Below, one piece after another: positions 20,546 through 29,507 of a stretch of 29,507 nucleotides of DNA. A model generated the notes under the pieces. The model searched no databases. It saw only the letters and a list, made by a program, of their open reading frames with translations, and was not told the origin of the DNA. Location of the stretch: positions 5,478,325 through 5,507,831 of the forward strand of contig NC_057718.1 of assembly GCF_004010195.1 (NCBI RefSeq), in the 5' to 3' direction. Within the stretch, counting starts at the first letter, position 1, and every line of letters begins with the position of its first letter. Origin of the DNA: Chiloscyllium plagiosum. Taxonomy: Eukaryota. The position numbers were made by a program, and so were the translations under genes.

Positions 20546-21074
20546 ATCCAGTGACACTGTGTCGGCGATATATTTCTCAATCAGGATGGTGAGTGGCTTG
20601 GAGGGGAACCTGAAGGTGGTAGCGTTTCCATGAATTTTCTCCCTTTGCTCTTCAAGCTGGAAGTGGTCGTGAGTTTGAAAGGTGGGTTTGTCTGAGGAGT
20701 CTTGTTAAATGTCTGCAGTGCATCTTGTAGATGCTACTGAGTGTCAGTGGATGAGGCACTGAATGTCTGTGTAGATGGTGTCAGTCAAATGGGCTGCTTT
20801 GTGCTGGATAGTGCCAATCGAGTGCTGTTGGAGATGCATCCATCCAAGAAGGTGGTGAGCATTCTATCATACTCCTGGCCTGTGCCTTGTACTTGATGGA
20901 CTGGCTTTGGGGAGACAGCAGTTGAGTTACAGATGTGTGCACTAGTTTGTCAGAAGAAACACCTGTCGACTATAGAAATGTTAAAGGAGCAATTCTCCTT
21001 GCTTTGAGCTTGTTCCCAAAGTTTAGAGCAATTGAAAGAAACCTAATCAGACATTTGTAGAATTTAATTTTGAG

Positions 21075-21740
21075 TTTTGATTTTGATTGGTTTATTGTCC
21101 CGTATGCCAAAGCACAGTGAAACGCTTTGTTTTGTGAGCAGTACGGGCAGATCATAGTAAGCAAGGGCATACAGATCATAGGGTGAAAAAAAAAGAGGTA
21201 TACAAATTACATTGCATAGGACATGCACTAGCCAAGATCGATATTAGCAAGATCAACATTATTTGAAGTTAGAGAGTCTATTCTTCAGTCGAATAACAGC
21301 AGGGAAGAAGCTGTTCCTGAACCTGTTGGTGCATGTGTTCAAGCTTCTGTATCTTCTGCCTGTTGGAAGAGGTTGGAAGGAAGCATTGCCGGGATGCGAT
21401 GGGTCTTTGATGATGTTGGCAGCCTTTCCACGGCAGCAAGCTGTGTAAATGGAGTCTATGGATGGGAGGTTGGCTTCCATGATGGTCTTGACTATGCACA
21501 CCACCTTCTGTAGTTTCTTACGGAGCTAGGCAGGGAAATTGCCAGACCACGCCGTGATGTATGCATCTGTAAAAGTTGGTGTGGAACCTTGTTGACACAC
21601 TGAATTTTCTGAGCTACCTGAGGAAGAAGAGGTGTTGTTGTGCCTTCTTGACCGTTGCATCTACATGGTAAGTCCTGGACAGGTTGTCTGTTATCATCAA
21701 TTCTGGGAACTTGACGTTCTCCACCATCTCAGCCTCAGCA
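21075..21740 (-). mobile_element. Rex1/Babar LINE 3' fragment
   Basis: ENVKFPELMITDNLSRTYHVDATVKKAQQHLFFLR and CRGKAANIIKDPSHPGNASFQPLPTGRRYRSLNTCTNRFRNSFFP. Confidence 0.92.
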
Positions 21741-21991
21741 CTGCAATTTACAAGGGAAAGAAAGAATATAATGGGATTGATCACTGAGTTAGAGAAACAT
21801 TTTGAGAATGCAAGGGAAATCATGATTATGGAAGAATTCTAAACTGGTAGTTCAGTAAAACTTAAAATATATTCAGATTTCCATCAAGTCCACATCCAGT
21901 GTTTAGGCCAGCATCTATGATATCTCTCACAGACAGTTACATGTGGGGGAATGTTCATACAGGGATTAATGAGAGAATTGGAGCAATATAA

Positions 21992-22350
21992 AGTCATAGA
22001 GTGATAGAGATGTACAGCACGGAAACAGACCTTTTGGTCCAACCGGTCCATGCTGACCAGATATCCCAACCCAATCTAATCCCACCTGCCAGCACCCGGC
22101 CCATATCCCTCCGAACCCTTCCTATTCTTATATCCATCCAAATGCCTCTTAAATGTACCAGACTCCACCACTTCCTCTGGCAGTTCATTCCATAGATGTA
22201 CCACTCTCTGTGTGAAAAAGTTGTCCCTTAGGTCTCTTTTATACCTTACCCCTCTCACTCTAAACCTTGTCCTCTAGTTCTGGACTCTCCGACTCCAGGG
22301 AAAATACTTTGTCTATTTACCCTATCCATGCCCCTCATAATTTTGTAAAA
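21992..22350 (-). mobile_element. CR1 (HER1-like) 3' end, young
   Basis: RYKRDLRDNFFTQRVVHLWNELPEEVVESGTFKRHLD plus the (atgactct)n-type tail. Confidence 0.92.
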
Positions 22351-23057
22351 GCTGATAATGGAAAAGGTATTGATTTTAGGAAACAAGAATTATGACAAAT
22401 TCTAAATGAGAAGGTCTGGAACCTAAAAGTTATATGAATGAAGTAACATGTTTCTGTTGTTATAACATTGAATATACTAAAGTGAATTGCTAGAAATCCG
22501 AGACTGCTTGCATTAGTAAGGATTCATAAGGAATCCTTAGGAACGGTTGTTTCAGCATAAGAATGGTCTATCAAGCCAGGTTTCACACAGAAATTCAACT
22601 TGCCCAGTATTACCATCAACTTAGGTTAACTTCCTCAAAGTTCAGCTACAGGAAATTACACAGTCTGCGGAGAACCCTTTCACTTTGCAAGACTCTCATT
22701 TCAACCTTAAAACATCAACGTCCTTCACAAAACCAGACTTGTTATATGTGCAACTAGAAATCATAATCTATAAAATTACAATAACTCCAACTGTGACAAG
22801 TCTTTGTGTTTGTGAGCGTATATGTGAGAATGAGTGTTTGAGATGTGTTTAATTCAGATAATGAGGAAGATAAATTACTTTCTATTTCTTTAAACTCACA
22901 AAGTCTTCCTGCTTTCTTTTAATGGAGACCCACATGCAAAAGGTAAGAAATGACTTACTTCTTTCCATCAAAAACAGACCAATCACGTTGTAAGAGAGCA
23001 TTGGAAACAAGAATATGAATGGAGAGTAACATTGTGATGCAATTTTTTTTTCTGCAG

Positions 23058-23112
23058 TGGCATGAATAATAATTTAGAACTCAAAGAAATAGAATCCTTA
23101 TTTAAAACAAAG
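23058..23112 (+). CDS. Candidate 55-nt coding exon of the host gene
   Basis: Near-consensus acceptor tttttttttctgcag| and donor AAG|gtaagt. A single open frame (phase 2-0) reads GMNNNLELKEIESLFKTK. Confidence 0.6.
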
Positions 23113-23366
23113 GTAAGTATGAAAGTAAACATTTTATTTTCAGTTCTTTCTCTGGTAACTCAGCCAGTTGCAGAGAATGCAGCCTGACATTACGGCTCAA
23201 TTTGTAATGTCTTTCCCGTCTGCATGTCATTTCAGTTTGTAAAATTGTTATTCTACGTTTATATTCACATGTCACTACTGTTCAGAGGATCATTAGATAG
23301 TGAAGTACATTCAGCACCTCAAGCCTGTCTGGTCAGTTGGTTATGATTGTACTGATATATACTTTA

Positions 23367-23480
23367 TTCTGGATTAGTGGTGCTGGAAGTGCACAGCAGT
23401 TCAGGCAGCATCCGAGGAGCAGTAAAATCCACGTTTCGGGCAAAACCCCTTCATCAGGAATAAAACATCATTGTTTTTAC
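23367..23480. mobile_element. 114-bp PLE terminal insertion with 15-bp TSD
   Basis: ctgatatatacttta occurs at 23352-23366 and 23481-23495. The insert is a minus-sense pLTR/hammerhead piece plus the plus-sense extreme 3' end cattgtttttac. Confidence 0.85.
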
Positions 23481-23719
23481 CTGATATATACTTTACTCTG
23501 TTTATCCACCTTTGCCCCGTATCCATTAATACTGCTACTACCTATCAATGTCAGTCTTGATACCTTCAATTCACCTCGAACATTCATAGAGTATTTGAGG
23601 GCAAAGTTCCGAATTTTCACTGTATCAGAAAAATTTTTTTCTCACTCTTAAATGGCCCACTTTGTGTTGTGCATCTTTTATCCTCAATTCAATGTGAAAT
23701 TTATTTTACACCTTTTCAA

Positions 23720-24238
23720 ATGGCTGTACCTCCGATAATGCAGCACCCCCCACCCCCCCCACCAAAAAATAGACCTGGTGTATCAGTTTAAATTACATGC
23801 TTTTGGCTGGAATTGTATTTGAGATGGGAATTTGAGATGGTATTTCAGATGGGAAAGCTTGTGTATGGCCAATTAAACCAAGCTGACTCTTCAAGGGCAA
23901 TTAATTTGACAAGAAGCTTTAGATAAAAAGAGAAAACACAAAGCCAGACTTGCATTTCATAGCATTTTTTATGATCACCAGACGACTCAAAACACTTTAT
24001 AGCCAGTGTAATCATTTTTGAGGTGTAGCCACTGTTGTGATGTCGAAAATGCAACAGCAAATTTCAGCACAGCAAGATCCCACAATCAGCGATCAGATTG
24101 TCTGTGTTTGTGATATTGATTGAGAAATAAATATTAGCCAGGGCACTGTTAAACTCCCCTGTTCTTTCTTGAAATAATTTCATGGAATATCTGCTCCACC
24201 AAGCAGGCAAAATAGGTTTGAACTTTTCATTGATAAGG
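23720..24238 (-). mobile_element. DeuSINE-type SINE fragments (23720-23825 and 23948-24238)
   Basis: acctccgataatgcagcac; cttgcatttcatagca L2-type tail; aactcccctgttctttcttgaaataatttcatgg Deu-domain-like. Confidence 0.6.
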
Positions 24239-24239
24239 T

Positions 24240-25844
24240 AGGCAGGTACATAAGTTAGAGTCTCATGGGCTCCAGGGTGAGCAGGCGAGGTGGACACAAA
24301 ACTGACTTGGTCATAACAGACAGAAAGTAGCAGTCGAAGGGTGCTTTTCAGGATGGTGATCAGCAACTCTTGGTGTTCTGCGGGGATCAGTGCTGGGACC
24401 TTTGTTGTTTATGATACATATAAATGATCTGGAGGAAAATTTAGGTGGATTAATTAGCAGGTGTGTGGATGATACCACAATTGGCAGAGTTGCAGATAGT
24501 GAGCAGGATTGTCAAAGGATACAGCGAGATATAGATAGTTTGCAGATTTGGGCCAAAAAATAGCAGGTGGACTTTAATCCAGACAAATGCAAGGTGATGC
24601 ATTTTGGAAGATCAAATTCAGGCACAAATTATACAATAAATGGCAGAAACCTTAGGAGAAATGACTTAGAGTCATTGAGTCACAAAGAGGTACAGCACGG
24701 AGTGTCGTCCATGCTGACCAGATATCCTAAATTAATCTAGTCTCATTTGCCAGCACTGTGCCCATATCCCTCTAAATCCTTCCTTTTCATCCAACCATCC
24801 AGATGCTATTTAAATATTGTAATTGTACCAGCCTCCACCACTTCCTCTGGCAGCTCATTCTGTACACACATCACACTCTACATGAAAAAGTTGCCCCTTA
24901 GATCCTTTCCCATCTCACCCTAAACCTATGCCCTCTAGTTCTAGACTCACCCAACCCAGGGAAAAGGCCTAGTCTGTTTACCCTATCCAGGCCCCTCATA
25001 ATTTTATAAACCTCTATAAGGTCATCCCTCAGCCTCCGATGATCTATGGAAAATAGCTCCAGCCTATTCAACCTCTCCCTATAACTCAAACCCTCCAACC
25101 CTGGCAACATCCTTGTGGATCTTTGCTGAACCTTTTCAGGTTTCACAACATCCTGCCTATAGGAGGGAGACCAGAATTGCACATAATATTGCAAAAGTGA
25201 CCTAACCAATCCCAATGTCTGAGTGTTCAGGTCCACAGATCCATCAAAATGGCAACATAGATGGACAGGATGGTCAAAAGGTATACAGCCACTTGCCTTC
25301 ATTGGCCACGGCATCGAATACAAAGTTTGGCAAGTTATGTTACAACTGTACAAAACGTTAGTTAGGCCTCATCTGGAATATTATGTGGAGTTCTGACTGC
25401 CACACTATCAGTGATCATGGAGAGGATGCAGAGAAGGTTTACAGGATGCTGCCTGGTCTGGAGAGTTTTAAATATTAGAAGAGATTGCATAATTTTGATT
25501 GTTTTCACTGGAATGACAGGGGCCGAGGCAGCAGCTTGATAGAGGTCTACAAAATTATGAGAGGCATAGCTAGAGTGGATAGTCAGAGGGCTTTTTCCCA
25601 GGGTGGAAAGGTTAAGTACAGCGGTGAGAGGGGAAAAGTTAAAGGAGAAGTGCAGGGGAGAGTTTTTGACACAAGGGATGATGGATGTCTGGAACATATT
25701 CGCAACGTTTAAGGTGTATCTTGATACATGAACTGGAGGCGAATGGATGGATAGAAACTGCTCATGGGCAATAAGTAGTGGCTTTAAGTAAGGATTAGAA
25801 TCTGCACAGGCTTGAGAGGCCAAACCACCTGTTCCTGTGCTGTA
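24240..25844 (+). mobile_element. CR1 RT-to-3' fragment interrupted by a younger antisense CR1 (24667-25210)
   Basis: GVLRGSVLGPLLFMIHINDL, CVDDTTIG and FNPDKCKVMHFG; resumes at ~25215 with LYKTLVRPHLEY and LIEVYKIMRG, then the 3' tail. Confidence 0.9.
24667..25210 (-). mobile_element. CR1 3' end nested in an older CR1
   Basis: LVRSLLQYYVQFWSPSYRQDV..EKVQQRSTRMLPGLEGLSYRERLNRLELFS...TRGHRFRV, with a tagagtca tail. Confidence 0.92.
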
Positions 25845-28819
25845 TTGAATTCAATAAAATCTGGAGCCTAAGGATGACCATGAAACCACTACCGATTGTC
25901 AGAAAAACCCATTTGGTTCACTAATGTCCTTCACGGAAGGAAATCTATCATCCTTACCTGGTCTGGCCTATATGTGACTCCAGACCCATGGCAATGTGAT
26001 TGACTCTCAATTGTCCTCTGAAATGGCCGAGCAAGCCACTCAGTTGTATCAATCACTAGACAGTCTCAAAGAAATGAAACCAGAGGAATCACCTGCACTG
26101 ACCGAGGCACCAGAAGAGACAATGGCAAAAACAGCCCTGTCAACCCTGCAAAGTCCTCCTCACTAACGTCTGGGGGGTAATGCCAACACTGGGAGAGCTG
26201 TCTCACAGACTAGCTAAGCAACAGCCTGACATAGTCATATTCACGGAATCATACCTTAGAGATAATGTCCCTGACCCCACCATCACCAAACCTGGATATG
26301 TTCTGCCCCACTAGCAGAACAGACCTACCAGAGGGGGCAACACAGTGAGATACTTTTGGGAAGGGATTATCCTGGGTATCTTCAATATTGACTCCAGACC
26401 TTATGGAGTCTCGTGGCTTCAGGTTAAATATGGGTAAGGAAACCCCCTGCTGATTACCAATACTGACCTCCCTCAGCTGATGAATCGGTACCCCTCCATG
26501 TTGAACAACATTTGGAGGAAGCACTGAGGATGGCAAGGACACAAAATATACCCTGGGTGGGAGATTTCAATGTCCCACTACCAAAAGCGGTTCAGCAGCA
26601 GTACGCCTGGTGGAGCTGGTCGGCTCCTAAAGAACTGAGCTGCTAGACTGGGTCTGCAGCAGGTGGTGAGGGAACCACCAAGAGGGAAAAATATACCTGA
26701 CCTCATCCTTACCAATCTGTCAGATGGAGATACATCTGTCCATTACAGTATCGGTGAGAGTGACCACAGCACAGTCCTTGTGGAGACACCTTCACATTGA
26801 GAATAACCTCCATCGTGTTGTGTGGCACTATCACCATGCTAAATGGGACAGATTTCAAACAGATCTAGCAACTCAAGACTGGGCATTCGTGAGGTGCTGT
26901 TGGCCATCAATGGCAGCACAATCTGTAACCTCACCGCCCAGCATATCCCCCACTCAATCATTACCATCAAGCCTGATGATCAACCCTGGTTCAATGGAGA
27001 GTGCAGGAGGGCATGCCAGGAGTAGCACCAGGCATACCTGTAGATGAGATGTCAACCTGGTGAAGCTACCAATCAGGATTACCTGCGTGCCAAATGGCAT
27101 AAGCAATAAGTGATAGACAGAACAAAGGGATCCCACAATCTTCAGCCAGAAGTGCTGAGTGGATGATCTATCTCGGCCTCCTCCAGTGGTCCTCAGCATC
27201 ATAGATACCAGTCTTCAGCCAATTCGATTCACTCCATGCGACATCAAGAAACGGAGACACAGAATATTGCAAAGGCGATGGGCCCTGACAACATTCCACC
27301 AATAGTACTGAAGACATGTGCTCCAGAACTTGCTGCTCCCCTAGCCAAGCTCTTCAAGTACAGTTACAACACTAGCATCTAACCGACAATGTGAAAAATT
27401 GTCCAAGTATATCATATGTACAAAAAAAGTTAAAATCCAACCCAGCCAATTACTGCCGCATCAGTCCACTCTTGATCATCAGTAAAGTGATGGAAGGTGT
27501 CAGCAACAGTGCTATCAATCAGCATCTGCTCAGCAATAACCTGCTCAATGATGCCCACTTTGGCTTTGCTAGGGCCACTCAGCTCCTGTCCCCATTACAA
27601 CCTTGGTTCAAGCATGGACAAAAGAGCTGAATTCCAGAGGTGAGGTGAGATTGACAGCCCTTGACATCAAGGCTAGATTTGATGGAAGTCACAGCAAAGA
27701 GCCCTAGCAAAACTGGAATCGAGGTAACATAGGGCAACCTCTCTGGTGGCTAGAGTCATACCCAACGCATAGGAAGATGGTCGCGGATTTTGGAGGCTAG
27801 TCATCTCAGCTCCAGGACATCTCTGCAGGAGTTCCTCAGGGTAATGTTTTCGGCCCAACCATCTTCAGCTGCTTCAACAATGACATTCCCTCCAACATAA
27901 GGTCAGAGGTGGAGATGTTCACCAAAGATTTCACCATGTTCAGCACCATTCATGACTTCACAGACACTGAAGCAGTCCATGTTCAAATGCAACAAGATCT
28001 GGACAATATCCAGGCTTGGACTGACAAAAGTGGCAAGTCATATTCTCACCACACAAATTCCAGGCTAGGTCCATCAGCAATAAGCAGCAACCTAACCACC
28101 ACTCCTCAACATTCAATTATGTTACAATCACTGAATACCCCACTATCAGCATCTTGGAGATCACTATTGACCATAAACTCAATTGGACTCAACACTAACA
28201 CAATGTCTACAAGAGCAGGTCAGAGGCTCAGAATACTGTGTCAAGTAACTCATCTCCTGACTTCCCAAAGCCTGTCCATCGTCTACAAAACACAAGTCAG
28301 GAGTGTGGTGGAATACTCCCCACTCACCCTGGATGGGGGCAGCTCCCACAACACTCAAGAAGCTTGACACCATCCAGGACAAAGTAACCTGCTTGATTGG
28401 CACCACATCCACAAGCCTCCATTCTCTTCACCACCGACGCTCAGTAGCAACAGTGCGTAATATCTACAAGGTGCATTGCAGAAATTCACCCAAAGATCCT
28501 CAAAAAGCACCTTCCAAACCTACGATCACTTCCATCTAGAAGGATAATGGCAGCAGATACATGGGAACACCACTCCCTGCAAGTTCCCCTCCAAGCCACT
28601 CACCATCCTGACTTGGAAATATATCACTGTTCCTTCACTGTCATTGGGTCAAAATCCTGGAATTCCCTCCCTTAAGGGCATTGTGGCTAATACCTACAGC
28701 ACATGGACTGCAGCAATTCCAGAAGGCAGCTCATCCCCACCTTCTCAAGGGGCACTTAGGGGAAGACAGTAAATGCTGGCCCAGTCAGTGACACCCACAT
28801 CCCACAGATGAATAAAAAA
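25845..28819 (+). mobile_element. Near full-length degenerate APE-RT LINE (CR1/L2 group), single coding region
   Basis: APE: KVLLTNVWG, PDIVIFTESYL, PGY, WVGDFNV, REPPRGKNIPDLILTN, SDH. RT: KAMGPDNIP, SNPANYCRIS, ALDIKA, AGVPQG..FGPTIF, MFTKD (decayed FADD). Also YKTQVRSVVEYSP and an aataaaaaa end. Multiple stops and frameshifts. Confidence 0.93.
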
Positions 28820-28989
28820 CTATTATTATCATTCTGTCCATTTCAAAGTGAAGAGCAGCGGCAACCATTATCATTTTTTTATACCAACCATATCTGAAAA
28901 TATTAACAATCATATTGGGCTTAGAAGATACTTAGGCACTGAGGAATACAGTCTAAAAACAGCTATTAACTCTCTTGCATTTGTCAATC

Positions 28990-29140
28990 AGTGACCCAGG
29001 AATATCATTCCTGGTCTTTGTTGAATAATGCCATGGAAGCTTTTACTTCCATCTCATTGAGTAGGAAGTGGGTCAGTGGTGAGGGCTGTGTTTGGTATAT
29101 TGCTTTGTTCAAATGATGGTATCTCTGACAGTGCAGCACT
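28990..29140 (-). mobile_element. DeuSINE-type fragment
   Basis: gaataatgccatggaagcttttacttcca...gatggtatctctgacagtgcagcactcc. Confidence 0.55.
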
Positions 29141-29507
29141 CCTGGTGCCAGGGTTAAAGACATCACAGACAGAGTGCAGGAAATCCTCAAGGACAAAGGT
29201 GAAGAGCCAGAGGTGGTGGTACATGTCGGCACAAATGATGTCGGGAAGAAGAGAAGGAACATACTATAGCAGGACTTCGGAGAACCAGGAAGAAGGCTGA
29301 AAAGCAGGACGTCCAAGGTGGTTATCTCTGGTTTGCTTCCAGTTCCTCGGGATAGTGAGGCCAGAAACAGGGAGATAATGGACTTGAATGTGTGGCTGGG
29401 GAACTGGTGCAGGAAGCAAGGATTTAAATTCTTGGATCACTGGGGTATGTTTTGTGGTAAGCATAAATTATACAAGAGAGATGGTTTGCACCTTAATAGG
29501 TTGGGGA
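29141..29507 (+). mobile_element. CR1 LINE ORF1 SGNH/GDSL esterase domain (5'-truncated, runs off the window)
   Basis: PGARVKDITDRVQEILKDKGEEPEVVVHVGTNDVG...VVISGLLPV...NVWLGNWCRKQGFKFLDHW...YKRDGLHLNRLG, with one in-frame TAG at 29267. Confidence 0.92.

Larger units (their letters stand above)
19800..20930 (-). mobile_element. 3' part of the APE-RT LINE family, split by an insertion at 19949-20545
   Basis: 19810-19948 and 20546-20930 are contiguous reverse complements of 28245-28805. Confidence 0.8.

Noticed and set aside
21745..22990. LTR-like sequence flanking the CR1 at 21992, and the donor AAG|gtaaga at 22942
   Set aside because: No paired LTR or TSD is present, and the donor has no good acceptor giving an open frame into 23058.
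1..29507. Most ORF-track entries as genes, and prokaryotic features such as CRISPR arrays, operons or rRNA
   Set aside because: The ORFs are short, overlap repeats, and are either decayed retroelement frames or their shadows. No regularly spaced repeat-spacer array or structural RNA gene was seen.

Overview
Repeat-rich vertebrate genomic DNA, most likely intronic sequence from a cartilaginous fish. This assignment is inferred from the repeat repertoire, which resembles shark CR1/HER1-type LINE tails, DeuSINE-type SINEs and Penelope-like elements; the species cannot be fixed from the sequence. More than half the window is decayed retroelements: CR1 fragments, Rex1/Babar LINE fragments, a ~3 kb APE-RT LINE with a partner tRNA-headed SINE, a 1.3 kb Penelope-like (PLE) RT/GIY-YIG fragment and about a dozen short PLE terminal pieces. 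No intact standalone gene is present, and almost all ORF-track entries are shadows of repeats. A few short + strand exon candidates of an unidentified host gene are visible (3118-3147, 10232-10340, 23058-23112, with weaker ones at 9792, 11707 and 17251). The most notable signals are: (1) recurrent minimal type I hammerhead ribozyme cores (CUGAUGA/CUGAAGA ... GAAACGUH, with palindromic ACGU) in at least two PLE terminal families, some inserted as tiny TSD-flanked fold-back units and one folded back exactly on the ribozyme palindrome; (2) a LINE with no room for ORF1 whose 5' and 3' ends together form the body of a SINE in the same window; (3) a degenerate tandem copy of a host exon. All family names come from motif recognition, not from database searches.
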